64,000 nt of DNA from Vicinamibacterales bacterium (GCA_965204675.1 OZ242003.1:3392375-3456374), one strand, 5' to 3'. Counted from the first letter of the stretch, positions 35,028-44,957 are shown. Notes: generated by a model from the letters alone, not told the origin. Translations and numbers: made by a program.

Positions 35028-36122
35028 TCAGCGATCGTCCTTCGCCGTCAGCGCCAGCACCGCGTAGGCGGTTGCGGCGTCGCGCATGAAGCGGCCCCGG
35101 TCCGACGCCGGGTCGTGCTCGCGGTTGAGCGACGACGCGGGCCACGACCCGTCGGGGGCCTGGTTCCGGACGAGCCAGTCGAGGCCGCCCGCGACCGCCT
35201 CGTGGTCCCGCGCGAGCCCCGCCTGCTGCAGGGCGAGGGTGACGAGCCCCGTCGCGTAGCCGTCGCTGCCGGTGTCGATCGGCGTGCCGTCCCGCCGTTC
35301 CCACGCGCCCAGCGACGACAGGCTCCACCCGCCGTCCTGGCGCCGCAACCCGGTGACCTCGTCGACGAGGGCCTGCCGCTGCGCGGCCGCCAGCAGGTCC
35401 GGCAGCCCGCCCGAGGCCCAGAGGGCCATGACGCGGTTGAAGGGCGGCTGGGCGTCGAGCCCGCGCCGGAGATAGTCGCCGAGCCGTGCGACGTTGTCCC
35501 GGACGTCGGGGCGGGCGCGGTAGCCGTCCGGCGCGAGGCCCACCGCGACCGCGGCCAGCGCCGCCCCGTGGTACGGCCCCTCGTCCGATTCCCACGGCGC
35601 CAGATTGAAGTGCAGCCACGGCCATGCACCCTCGTCGGCTTCGCCCGTCCCCTGCAGCGCCCAGAGGTTGTCGAACGCCCGGAGCGTGCGGTCGCCGAGC
35701 GTGCCCGCCCGCTCGTCGTGCCGGGCGAGGACGAGGGCGTTGAGTATCGCCTCCGTTCCCCGCGACTGGCTGGTCTTGGGCGCACCGTAGCGCTCGTCGT
35801 TGTAGAAGGGGCCTACATCGTCCCAATGAGCGACGCGGGTCGTCACACTCTCGAGCAGCGCCTGCTCGACCCGCGCCGCCCCGCCCGCGGGCCGCAGCAT
35901 CGGGCGCGCGAGGCCGTACGGGCCGGTCGTGTGACAGGAGACGCAGAACGTCCCGCGCTCGTGCGCCGCCGTCTCCCAGCCCGACCACCAGTCCACCCGC
36001 TGGTCGAGGTAGGCGGCGGCCGCCTGCCGGCCCCAAGGGCCGGGACCGCCGCTCTGCGCGTGAACCGTGGAGGCGCCCAGCAGCAGGCCCGCCGCGAGCA
36101 TCGCGATCGTCGGTTTGGTCAT
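35028..36122 (-). CDS. Secreted alpha/alpha-toroid (prenyltransferase/squalene-oxidase-repeat-like) protein with a CxxCH heme motif
   Basis: Signal peptide, CVSCH at residue ~60, and DGGWS / DGSWP repeat motifs. Confidence 0.6.
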   Translation of the reverse strand: MTKPTIAMLAAGLLLGASTVHAQSGGPGPWGRQAAAAYLDQRVDWWSGWETAAHERGTFCVSCHTTGPYGLARPMLRPAGGAARVEQALLESVTTRVAHWDDVGPFYNDERYGAPKTSQSRGTEAILNALVLARHDERAGTLGDRTLRAFDNLWALQGTGEADEGAWPWLHFNLAPWESDEGPYHGAALAAVAVGLAPDGYRARPDVRDNVARLGDYLRRGLDAQPPFNRVMALWASGGLPDLLAAAQRQALVDEVTGLRRQDGGWSLSSLGAWERRDGTPIDTGSDGYATGLVTLALQQAGLARDHEAVAGGLDWLVRNQAPDGSWPASSLNREHDPASDRGRFMRDAATAYAVLALTAKDDR

Positions 36123-36249
36123 GTCGAAGTCCAGCGGCTCATCTTCTCACATCGGAGCCCGGCCCCGGCGGACTTGACAACGCGGTCCGGCCGCCCACAA
36201 TGGAGATTCTGGATCGAGAGGCCGGTCCGGACATGAAGGGGACGAACTC

Positions 36250-38094
36250 ATGACGACTCGACACCACCGTGCCGCGGCGGCCGCGGCCGTGCTCGCGCTC
36301 TGCTTCACCGGCGGCGCCCTGACGGCGGACGCGCAGACCTGGGAGCCGGGGCCGGCCGAATGGCGGGGCGACCTGACCCCGATCGCCGAGGCGGACTGGA
36401 GCTTCGACCGCGCCGAGCACCTGCTGGGCCGCGCCGGCTTCAGCGGCACCCCCGAGGACATCCGCAGGCTGGCCGACATGACCCCCGAGCAGGCGGTCCG
36501 CTCCCTCGTGGACTACGACGACATCCCGAACGACCACCTGTCGCCGTTCGAGCACTCGGGGTTCTGGGACGAGGGCCTGCTGAACTTCCCGCCTAGCCGC
36601 CCCGCCGCCACCGAGCTGGGGATGAGGAACGGCGAGAGCATGGGGGTTCGGGTCAAGCCCGACCACGTCAACCGGCACGGACAGCCCATCTCCGACCGCT
36701 TCTTCTACTGGCTGCGCGCGACGGGGCTGGAGACCCGCCGCGTCGGCTACTGGTGGGCCGAGCGGATGCTCGACACGAACCGGCCGCTCCAGGAGAAGAT
36801 GGCCCTCTTCTGGCACGGGCACTTCGCCACCGCCCAGAACAAGGTGCGCGACTACCGCAAGATGATCGTGCAGATCGAGACGTTCGAGCGGCACGCGACG
36901 GGCAACTTCGGCGAGCTGCTGGTGGCGGTGGCGCAGGACCCGGGGATGCTCTACTACCTCGACGCCGGGGTGAACGTGAAGGGCGCCGCCAACGAGAACT
37001 TCGCCCGCGAGGTGATGGAGCTGTTCACGATGGGGGTGGGCAACTACACCGAGATGGACGTCCGCGAGGCGGCGCGAGCCTTCACCGGCTGGAACTTCGA
37101 GAACCTCGACTTCGTGGTCAACATCGGGCAGCACGACGACGGGGAGAAGACCTTCCTCGGCCGCACCGGCGACTTCGACGGCGTCGACGTGCTCCACATC
37201 ATCCTCGAGCAGCCGATCACCGCGGAGTACATCGCGTCGAAGATCTACCGCTTCTTCGTGCGCGAAGACCCGTCGCCGGCCCTCCAGGCCGAGCTCGGCG
37301 CCGTCTTCCGCGACGCCGGTTACGAGCTGAAGCCGCTGATGCGGACCATCTTCCTGTCGCGCGACTTCTACAGCGAGGCGAGCTACGGCGCCCACATCAA
37401 GGGACCGGTCGAGCACGTCGTCACGATGCTCAAGCACCTCGGGGCCGAGGACGTGCCGGGGGTGCCCGACTTCAACAGCACCACCATCGCGCTCGGCCAG
37501 CACCTGCTGAACCCGCCGTCGGTGGCGGGCTGGGCGCAGGGCCGGGCCTGGATCACGCCGGCGCTGCTGCAGGAGCGGGGCAACGTCGCCTTCGACTACC
37601 TGTTTCCCGACATCGTCAACTTCCGCGACCCCAACTTCCTCTCCTACAGCGGGGACGGGGTGGTGGGCGACCGCCTGCGCCGGGGCTTCGACTTCGGCGC
37701 CGCCATCGCCTTCGACGATGACCCCGCCAACATGTCGGCGTTCGACCTCGCCGCCCTCGAGCGGGACGAGCTGTTCAACACCCGCGTCTCCGGCTACGTC
37801 GCGGCGGCCCGGGCCATGCAGAAGCTGATTCCGACCCCGCGCGGCGCGGCCCGGGTGGACATGACGCGGATGGTCATGGACAGCGGGGCGGCGACCACCG
37901 GCGAGGCCGTCGACTACCTGCTGGCGCGCTTCCTGCGGATGCCGGTGTCGGCGGGCATGCGCGACGCCCTGGTGACGCTCCTCGACGCCGAGCTCGGCAC
38001 CTCGGACCTCGCCCGCGCCGAGACCTACCTGGAGGACCCGTTGCGCATGGCGGCCCACCTCATCATGAGCACGCCGGAGTACCAGATCGACTGA
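36250..38094 (+). CDS. DUF1800 family protein
   Basis: LQEKMALFWHGHFAT, NENFAREVMELFTMG, FTGW and a signal peptide. Confidence 0.8.
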   Translation: MTTRHHRAAAAAAVLALCFTGGALTADAQTWEPGPAEWRGDLTPIAEADWSFDRAEHLLGRAGFSGTPEDIRRLADMTPEQAVRSLVDYDDIPNDHLSPFEHSGFWDEGLLNFPPSRPAATELGMRNGESMGVRVKPDHVNRHGQPISDRFFYWLRATGLETRRVGYWWAERMLDTNRPLQEKMALFWHGHFATAQNKVRDYRKMIVQIETFERHATGNFGELLVAVAQDPGMLYYLDAGVNVKGAANENFAREVMELFTMGVGNYTEMDVREAARAFTGWNFENLDFVVNIGQHDDGEKTFLGRTGDFDGVDVLHIILEQPITAEYIASKIYRFFVREDPSPALQAELGAVFRDAGYELKPLMRTIFLSRDFYSEASYGAHIKGPVEHVVTMLKHLGAEDVPGVPDFNSTTIALGQHLLNPPSVAGWAQGRAWITPALLQERGNVAFDYLFPDIVNFRDPNFLSYSGDGVVGDRLRRGFDFGAAIAFDDDPANMSAFDLAALERDELFNTRVSGYVAAARAMQKLIPTPRGAARVDMTRMVMDSGAATTGEAVDYLLARFLRMPVSAGMRDALVTLLDAELGTSDLARAETYLEDPLRMAAHLIMSTPEYQID

Positions 38095-38170
38095 GGAGTC
38101 CGACTTCGATACGAGACCAAACGTCATCAGGATTGCATTTGGTAGCACCATATGCTATCCGTGGTGACAT

Positions 38171-39316
38171 ATGGTTCGACGCAGCCACTGGATCGAGGTC
38201 ATCGAGCGCTTGTGGCGGGAGAAGTCGGTGGTGTGGCTCTCCGGGGTCCGCCGGGCCGGCAAGACCTTCCTGTGCCGCTCCCTGCCCGACGTCGACTACT
38301 TCGATTGCGAGCTGCCCAGCACTCGGCGCGCCCTGGAGGATCCCGAGCGGTTTCTCCGAGACGCGGCCGGACGGCGGATCGTCGTCGACGAGATCCAGCG
38401 CCTGCGCAATCCGTCCGAGCTGCTCAAGATCGCCGCTGACTACCACCCGGAGACGCGCGTCATCGCGACCGGGTCGTCGTTCCTCGGCGCCTCCCGGCGG
38501 TTCCGCGACACCCTCACCGACCGCAAGCGCGACCTCCGGCTGACGCCGATGATCCGGCAGGACGAGGAGGAGTTCGGCCCCCGCGGCATCGATCACCGGT
38601 TCCGGCACGGTGGGCTGCCACCGTTCTTCCTCGCCGACGCGCTGCCCGCGCACGGATTCCAGGAGTGGCTGGACTCCTACTGGGCCCGGGACATCCAGGA
38701 GCTCTTCCGCCTGGAGCGCCGCTGGTCGTTCCTGCGGTTCGTCGAGCTGGTGCTCGCGCAGAGCGGCGGCCTCTTCGAGGCCACGCGGTTCGCCCGTCCA
38801 TGCGAAGTGAGCCGGACCACCGTCGCCAACTACCTGCGGGTCCTCGAGGACACGCTCGTCGTGCAGGTCGTCAGGCCCTACAGCACGCGTCGCGCCTCGG
38901 AGATCGTGGCGGCGCCGAAGGTCTACGGGTTCGATACCGGGTTCATGTGCCTGTTCAAGGGGTGGGACCGGCTGCGGGACGAGGATCGCGGCCTGCTGTG
39001 GGAGCACTACGTGCTCAACGAGTATCTCGCCGGGGTCCGGCACCCCCGCGTGCGGTACTGGCGGGACAAGCGGGGACACGAGATCGATTTCGTCCTCGGC
39101 GGCAGGGGCGGCTCGCCCGTGGCCATCGAGTGCAAGTGGCGTGCCGCCGGCTTCGACGCACGAAATTTGAGGGCCTTTCGGGCCCGCTATCCCGACGGCG
39201 ACAACTTCGTCGTGACCGACGACACCGTGACCTCGTACGTCCGCGACTACCGCGGGGTCGCCGTCCGGTTCGTCAACCTGCCCGATCTGATCCGGCGCGT
39301 GGCGGCCGGCGCGTAG
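38171..39316 (+). CDS. AAA-family ATPase with DUF4143 C-terminal domain
   Basis: Walker A LSGVRRAGKTF, Walker B IVVDEIQ, and a C-terminal nuclease-like segment (YWRDKRGHEIDFVL). Confidence 0.75.
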   Translation: MVRRSHWIEVIERLWREKSVVWLSGVRRAGKTFLCRSLPDVDYFDCELPSTRRALEDPERFLRDAAGRRIVVDEIQRLRNPSELLKIAADYHPETRVIATGSSFLGASRRFRDTLTDRKRDLRLTPMIRQDEEEFGPRGIDHRFRHGGLPPFFLADALPAHGFQEWLDSYWARDIQELFRLERRWSFLRFVELVLAQSGGLFEATRFARPCEVSRTTVANYLRVLEDTLVVQVVRPYSTRRASEIVAAPKVYGFDTGFMCLFKGWDRLRDEDRGLLWEHYVLNEYLAGVRHPRVRYWRDKRGHEIDFVLGGRGGSPVAIECKWRAAGFDARNLRAFRARYPDGDNFVVTDDTVTSYVRDYRGVAVRFVNLPDLIRRVAAGA

Positions 39317-39442
39317 CGGACCGGGGCGTCCGGTCCTCTCGGGGCGTGGCTGCCGCGTACTCCCGGTGCCTCTTCATGCTCGCGGGGCCATCCTCCCCCG
39401 GCCTCGTTCGTCGTGCGAACAGCGGCGCAAGGTTGGCGAGCT

Positions 39443-39919
39443 TCACGTCGACCGGTGCCGTCCGAAGATTCGGTCGGCAAGGGTCTGCCGGGACAGACGC
39501 TCGACAGCATCCTCGATCAGTCTCTTGATCTCCCTGTCACTGCTCTCGGCTGTTTGGGCCATCGTCCTTCGGATGTCCTTCAGCTCGGACCCGAGGTCGT
39601 CGACGACCGCGAGCTTCGCGCCAATCCGACCGACCTCTGTCTCGATGCGTGCGAGTGATTCCCTCACAGCCGCCGGGTCCGACCGCCGAATCACCTCGAT
39701 GGCGTCTCGGAACGCGAGCAGGGTCTCATGCAGCGCGTCGACCGCCTTTCTGGTTGCATCCGCAACACTCTGGACGTTGGTGTTCGCTTTCTTGAGCCCT
39801 TGTTGGGCGCTCCCAAGGGTCCGCTGTATCGACTCCAGTTGTTCGAGATGCGAGACAACCTCGCCGGCCCGTCGCTCAGTCTCGTTGAGCCGTTCGTGGA
39901 CATCGTCCATCATGTTCAT
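39443..39919 (-). CDS. Coiled-coil hypothetical protein
   Basis: ATG lies 1 nt after the helicase stop. The sequence has heptad-rich helical character throughout. Confidence 0.5.
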   Translation of the reverse strand: MNMMDDVHERLNETERRAGEVVSHLEQLESIQRTLGSAQQGLKKANTNVQSVADATRKAVDALHETLLAFRDAIEVIRRSDPAAVRESLARIETEVGRIGAKLAVVDDLGSELKDIRRTMAQTAESSDREIKRLIEDAVERLSRQTLADRIFGRHRST

Positions 39920-39920
39920 G

Positions 39921-42900
39921 TCAGGCTCCCAACGCCTCCGTTATCTCGCGCGCCTCGTACTCCCGAACCAAGCGTCCCGCCACGCGTTCCAGACGGTCAA
40001 CGACGTTCCGAATTCGTCGCGTGGCCACGATGGCGCGCACGCGAGGGTCGTCGAGCAGAACGGCACGGCGGGAGGTCGGCGGCCCGAGAGAAGCGCAGTC
40101 AGGTCTTTCGTCGGCTAGGTCCAGCAGCGCGATCGTGAGCGCCGGGCCGAGGTCACGCGCGCGCCCCGCTGCGAGGTCGAACAGGCTGTCGATGCTCGAT
40201 TCGATGTCCGCCGGGGGTATCTCATACTTGTAGACGGCGGCGCCGATTGCGGCGTCGATGCCCTTGCGACTGACGGCCTCATCGTGATCCGAGCACATCG
40301 TCTCGGCGACAGCGCGTGTCAGCAGAAGTCCTGGATGATCCGGCTGGGACTCGAGCGCGCGGATGCAGAGACCCCGCAGTTCACCGGCGTCCATCTCGGT
40401 CTGCACCTTGCCGACGAGTTCCCACCACGCCGACAACTCGACCTTCTCGCTCTCCAGCAACTGCTCGATGCGTTCGGCGCCAAGGCCCTCCTGGAGGTAA
40501 TCGAGCAACCGCCTGCGAATGTCCGAATCGCTCACCGCGTGGCGGGCGAGCTGCACCGCCTCCATGATCGCCCGCCGTCTCGAACGCTCGATCTCGTCGT
40601 ACGTGAATTCCACGAGCATTCTGGTCAGAGCGAGCGCCGCTGCGCGCGCCCCGTGCGGGTCGATCGCGTTCGTTCGCCGCACGAATGCCCCCACCTTGCC
40701 GGGCGTCGCTGCGCGCACGTACTCGACCAACCGCTCTCTGCATCGATCGAGGTCGAAAACACCGGCGTGAGTGATGAACTTCTTCCCGCCGAAGTCAACC
40801 TCGTAATCGTGAACGACGCCAAGCTTGAGCAGTTGGTAGATGGCCTTTTCCTTGCGTCTCTTGTCGTCGTCGCCGTCGTACGGGATCTCCCTTCGCAAGC
40901 TCGACGAAAGATCGCCGATCAGGTCGAGCAGCTCTTCGACCGCGCCGACCTCCCGGCTCGCCCCGCTGAACGCCTGCAGGTGGAACCAGAGGGCGCGTGT
41001 CACGTCATCCCCGGTCTTGCGGTCTCCATCGACTTCCTCGAACCGCTCACGGAGTTCATCGAGGGCGAGGTCCGGGTCGGTCAACCGGTCGGAACGGATC
41101 CTGTCGTACTCGGAGAACACGACGATCGACCGCGCGGGCTTGCCGTCCCGGCCGGCGCGGCCGGCTTCCTGGTAGAAGCTCTCGAGCGACATTGGCATGC
41201 CGAAGTGCACCGTGTAGCGAATGTTCGGCTTGTCGATGCCCATGCCGAATGCCTTGGTCGCCACGAGGACGGGAACACGGTTGGTCTTGAAGGCGGCGGC
41301 GTTCCGGCGCTTCTCTTCGTTCCAGCTCCGAGAGCCGTCGCCGCTGTCGGGGGAGGGTGAGGAGCCGCTGTAGACGGTGACCTCCGAACCGGTCGCATTC
41401 TGAACGATGCCGCGGGCATCACGCACACTGTACGTCCGCGCCTTCACCGTCGGCACGAACACGATTCCAGATGCGGTGTCCCGGCCGGCAGCGCGGAAAA
41501 ACTCCGTCCGGGGCAATCCGAACTTCCCCGGCAAGGCGTTCAGCACGCCGCGGAGTGCGGCCCGAGGGTCCTCTTTGGGCGACGTGTGCGCGATCTCGAA
41601 GTGGAGCTCGGGCCGGTCGAACGAATGAGGGCGGACCAGCGCCTCCGAGCGCCCCCGGTCGATGCCGAGATCGGTGAGCATGTCCCGAAGCACTGCGCGC
41701 GAGGCGGTTCCCGTGAGCGCGAGCAGTGGCGGCGGACTCTGCGCCCCGCCTGCGCCGAAACGGCGCAGGTTGTTCCCGAGGTTCAGGTACGCCGGGCGGA
41801 AGTCGTGTCCCCACTCCGAGACGCAATGAGCTTCGTCGATGACGGCGAGATTGACGAGCGAGCACTCTGCAAGCGCCCTCAGGGCCGAGCGGAACTGTGG
41901 CGATTGTAGTCGCTCGGGCGAGTGGAGCACGAACAGGTACTCGCCACGCTCGACCCGCCGCAGCAGGTGTTCGCGTTCGACGCGGTCGATGTCTCCCGTG
42001 AGCGCGACCGCGCGGTCCATTCCGTAGGCGTGCAGGCCCTCGACTTGATCTTCGATGAGCGCGTTGATCGGATCGACGACCAGCGTCAGGCCAGGCATGA
42101 GGAGTCCCGCAAGTTGGTAGATTATGCTCTTCCCGGCGCCGGTCGGCAGCAGGACCACGCAGTCGTTCCGGCGGAGCGCGTTGAAGATTGCCTCGCCCTG
42201 AAAGGGGCGAAAGTCGCGCTTGCGAAACACGTTGCGGAGGAACATCGTGAGCGGCGCACTCGCTTCCCGATAGGTCTGCGGAGCGACGGACCGTCGATGG
42301 TGGTCGAACGACTGCTCGGTCGCCAGCGGTACCGGGACAAACGCCGGACGAATAACGAAATCGGTCCGGCTGTCGTCGGAGAGCGCGTGAAACGGACTCG
42401 ACCGGGGTTCGATGGCGATGTGCACGCGGTCGGCTCCCTGGTCGGCGCCCGCCCTGGAACTGGTCGTCACCGTCCACTCGCCGTACTCGTTGTCCGTGTG
42501 CACCCAAGTGACGGGGGGCTGGTCACCCGCGCGGACAGTGCATGCGGCGGGAATGGAGCACGTGCCGTAGAGCGTGTCGAAGCCGGCGAGTAACACGAGT
42601 GTGTCCAGTACGCCGGCCGTGGCGGGAGCTCCCATGCCGCTGATGTCGATCTCCCAATCCGTACCGGCCGTCAGCCATCCGTACTCGACGGCGCGGGCGA
42701 CGGCGAACTGCACCTTGGCGGCGGCGGCGCAGTCGATGGCGAGCGAGGCGGCGGCCCGGTCATCGTCGGCGACGGGACGGAAGGCGGCGAGCGCCTCGTG
42801 GCACCGAGCGCGGACCCGGTCGAGTGCGGGTCCGTGACCACGCAGGACCTCGGCGTTCGTCACACGAAGGACCTCGATCCCGACGGAGCGCAATAATTCG

Positions 42901-43994
42901 TCCCGCGCCTCGTCGGCCACTGCATCGTGTTCCGGGCCATCGACCTCGATCACGAACGGCGGACCGCCGGGGTGGTTGAAGAGGAAGTCGCAGCGGCGCG
43001 CCCCGCTGCCGTCTCCCAGGCCGCCGGACTCGATCAGTCTGTCCAGCGGGGCCTGCGGCGTGAACCAGTGGCCGGCGGCGGGCTCGAGAGCGGATGGCGC
43101 CCACGCCTTCAGGAACGAAGCCTCGGCATCGCTGCCCAGGAGCGACTCGTCGGCGGAGTCGACGTCGAAGGCGGCATCGAGAACGAAGGGCTCCCGCTCG
43201 ACGGCCATCGACAGGACCGACTCGGGCTTCACACGCAGTCGCGCGGGCAGGCCATCGGAGTCCCAGCCGACTTCGGGGTTGTCCGCGCCGAGTTCGTTCA
43301 CGTGGTCCGCGAAGCCGCGGACGCGCAAGGCCGCGCGTTCGACATCGAGCGTTGCAAGGGGCGCTCGGCCTCTGCGCAGGATCTTGAGGAGAAGGGCGCT
43401 CGTGAAGCGGGAATCCGCCGTGCTGTCACGCACGCGGCCACGGCGGGACAGCAGCAGGCACTGGCTGAGAACTTGCCCCAATCGCGTATCGCGGCGCAGG
43501 AGCTCGTGGAGGACTCCGGGAAGCGCCCCGACGGACACGTACTCGGGCACGAAACCGGGACGCGGCGCAGCGATACCGTCGGTCCATTCAACGGGCAACT
43601 CACGGGATCTTCGTGACGGCTGGCCCGGACGGTCACCGCCATCCTGAGTCAGGGGTCTCGTGACGTCGATGACATCGCCGGGATGGTCCCCGACATCTCG
43701 GGTGCCGCGACAGTCAGGGAACTTCGTGCAACCCCAGAACTTGCCCCCGGCGTTCCGGCCGATTCTGGCCGTGCGCAGCGCCATCGGAGCGCCACACCTG
43801 GGACATGACGGCACACTTGGGACATGACGGCGACTCGGTACGGTGTTCGTTGCCTGCACGGGAGTCGAGCCTCCATCGCTCCGGCGGGTGACTCTCCGCA
43901 CGAGAACGGAGGGGTCATTGAGACGCCGTGGCGGGGCTGCGTTGGCACCCCCGCCCGTTGGGCAGATCGCCCGCAAGGACCCCGTTCGCCTCAC
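39921..43994 (-). CDS. Zinc-ribbon / Vsr(DUF559)-like endonuclease / RecQ-family helicase fusion with long helical C-terminal extension
   Basis: - Zinc ribbon: CPRCGAPM...FWGCTKFPDC (topoisomerase-type C4).
- Endonuclease-like: CDFLF...FVIEVDGPEHD...DELLRSVGIEVLRV.
- Helicase: LLPTGAGKS, DEAHCVSEWGHDFRPAY, LTGTAS, ATKAFGMGIDKPNIRYTVHFGMP.SLESFYQEAGRAGRDG.
- The start codon (GTG 43994) is uncertain. Confidence 0.75.
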   Translation of the reverse strand: MRRTGSLRAICPTGGGANAAPPRRLNDPSVLVRRVTRRSDGGSTPVQATNTVPSRRHVPSVPSCPRCGAPMALRTARIGRNAGGKFWGCTKFPDCRGTRDVGDHPGDVIDVTRPLTQDGGDRPGQPSRRSRELPVEWTDGIAAPRPGFVPEYVSVGALPGVLHELLRRDTRLGQVLSQCLLLSRRGRVRDSTADSRFTSALLLKILRRGRAPLATLDVERAALRVRGFADHVNELGADNPEVGWDSDGLPARLRVKPESVLSMAVEREPFVLDAAFDVDSADESLLGSDAEASFLKAWAPSALEPAAGHWFTPQAPLDRLIESGGLGDGSGARRCDFLFNHPGGPPFVIEVDGPEHDAVADEARDELLRSVGIEVLRVTNAEVLRGHGPALDRVRARCHEALAAFRPVADDDRAAASLAIDCAAAAKVQFAVARAVEYGWLTAGTDWEIDISGMGAPATAGVLDTLVLLAGFDTLYGTCSIPAACTVRAGDQPPVTWVHTDNEYGEWTVTTSSRAGADQGADRVHIAIEPRSSPFHALSDDSRTDFVIRPAFVPVPLATEQSFDHHRRSVAPQTYREASAPLTMFLRNVFRKRDFRPFQGEAIFNALRRNDCVVLLPTGAGKSIIYQLAGLLMPGLTLVVDPINALIEDQVEGLHAYGMDRAVALTGDIDRVEREHLLRRVERGEYLFVLHSPERLQSPQFRSALRALAECSLVNLAVIDEAHCVSEWGHDFRPAYLNLGNNLRRFGAGGAQSPPPLLALTGTASRAVLRDMLTDLGIDRGRSEALVRPHSFDRPELHFEIAHTSPKEDPRAALRGVLNALPGKFGLPRTEFFRAAGRDTASGIVFVPTVKARTYSVRDARGIVQNATGSEVTVYSGSSPSPDSGDGSRSWNEEKRRNAAAFKTNRVPVLVATKAFGMGIDKPNIRYTVHFGMPMSLESFYQEAGRAGRDGKPARSIVVFSEYDRIRSDRLTDPDLALDELRERFEEVDGDRKTGDDVTRALWFHLQAFSGASREVGAVEELLDLIGDLSSSLRREIPYDGDDDKRRKEKAIYQLLKLGVVHDYEVDFGGKKFITHAGVFDLDRCRERLVEYVRAATPGKVGAFVRRTNAIDPHGARAAALALTRMLVEFTYDEIERSRRRAIMEAVQLARHAVSDSDIRRRLLDYLQEGLGAERIEQLLESEKVELSAWWELVGKVQTEMDAGELRGLCIRALESQPDHPGLLLTRAVAETMCSDHDEAVSRKGIDAAIGAAVYKYEIPPADIESSIDSLFDLAAGRARDLGPALTIALLDLADERPDCASLGPPTSRRAVLLDDPRVRAIVATRRIRNVVDRLERVAGRLVREYEAREITEALGA

Positions 43995-44189
43995 GTGAGC
44001 ATCGACAGGAAGGCCGCTCGGCGCAGGATGACCACGGGCTCGCCGAACGTGCGGCCGCGGGTCGGGCCGCAGACGCCGGGCCGCCCGTCAGGCAGTCGCG
44101 ATGGGAAGCCGCGACTCAGCAGACGAATCGCCCTCGTGCCGGTGCTCGCGTGCGTAGCGTGGCACACCGCCGGGGCCGCCACGCGGGAG

Positions 44190-44320
44190 TTCGATCTCGC
44201 CGCCTTGAGCGACGAACTGTTCAACGTCCCGCTCCGGCTACACCGCGGCGGCCGGGCCATGCAGAAGCTGATTCCGACCTCGCGCGGCGCGGCTCGCGTG
44301 GAGATGGCCGAAGCCGTGGG
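44190..44320 (+). pseudogene. Duplicated fragment of the DUF1800 gene 3' region (direct repeat of 37741-37870)
   Basis: ~80% nucleotide identity to 37741-37870. It encodes FDLAALSDELFN...GRAMQKLIPTSRGAARVEM, compared with FDLAALERDELFN...ARAMQKLIPTPRGAARVDM in the intact gene. Confidence 0.75.
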
Positions 44321-44329
44321 TGACGCGCC

Positions 44330-44614
44330 TCAGTCGGACGTTTCCGCCGCGCGCAGCCGGCCCTCGACGTACCGATGCAGCACGCTGGCAATCAGGGTCT
44401 GGTAGGGAATGCCTTCCGACAGGGCCCGTTTCTTCAGGGCATCGAGGTCCCGGCTGGAAATCCTCACGTTCACGCGGCGGTCCTTTCGGAACGTGGCCGC
44501 CGCGTACTCCCGGTGTTGCTTCATCACCTCGGCCTTGTTCCGGGGCGACCGCAGTTCGTTGCGTTCGAACGCATCCACGATCTCCTGTTCCTCCCTAGTC
44601 AGCCGGGCCATCAT
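44330..44614 (-). CDS. brnA: BrnA/CopG-like type II antitoxin
   Basis: RVNVRISSRDLDALKKRALSEGIPYQTLIASVLHRYVEG. Its start overlaps the toxin stop (ATGA-type overlap at 44611-44614). Confidence 0.75.
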   Translation of the reverse strand: MMARLTREEQEIVDAFERNELRSPRNKAEVMKQHREYAAATFRKDRRVNVRISSRDLDALKKRALSEGIPYQTLIASVLHRYVEGRLRAAETSD

Positions 44615-44810
44615 CGTGAGTCTCTCAGATACCGCCGGGTCGCCGCCCGGTTCGGGATGATCGTCTTCAGGAACACCTCGGTCTCGGATTCGACAAACGG
44701 CACCAGGTACGCGTAGTCGTCGACCATGACCACGGAGATCTTCTGCCCCGGGTACCGGTCCTGGTTCGGATGGTCGAAGATGTCGACCTCGTCGCCGTTC
44801 TCGATGTGAA
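44611..44810 (-). pseudogene. brnT: BrnT-like toxin gene, C-terminal part (split by IS21)
   Basis: The minus-strand frame reads ...IENGDEVDIFDHPNQDRYPGQKISVVMVDDYAYLVPFVESETEVFLKTIIPNRAATRRYLRDSR then stop, with no start codon of its own. Confidence 0.75.
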
Positions 44811-44957
44811 TGGTAGCGGCAACATGAAAAGGGACCCCATGGCCACTTGAAAAGGGACCCCCTGAGCACTCGGAAACAGCGGCCCCTGGCGATGATCGAC
44901 GGGGCGAGACACGGTCGTCTCGTCGACCGAGCCAGGAGGGACGCGGAGGTGATCAGG

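Noticed and set aside
36139-38151. 670-aa minus-strand ORF
   Set aside because: Antisense shadow of the DUF1800 gene.
38100-44330. Integrase or recombinase expected for the inserted segment
   Set aside because: I looked for tyrosine or serine recombinase motifs in all frames of the segment and found none. The integration mechanism stays unexplained, so the segment is not called a prophage or ICE.
43824-44405. 193-aa plus-strand ORF as a gene
   Set aside because: Only ~45 residues resemble anything (the DUF1800 C-terminal region). The rest is shadow sequence overlapping the helicase start and brnA. It is treated as a gene fragment.
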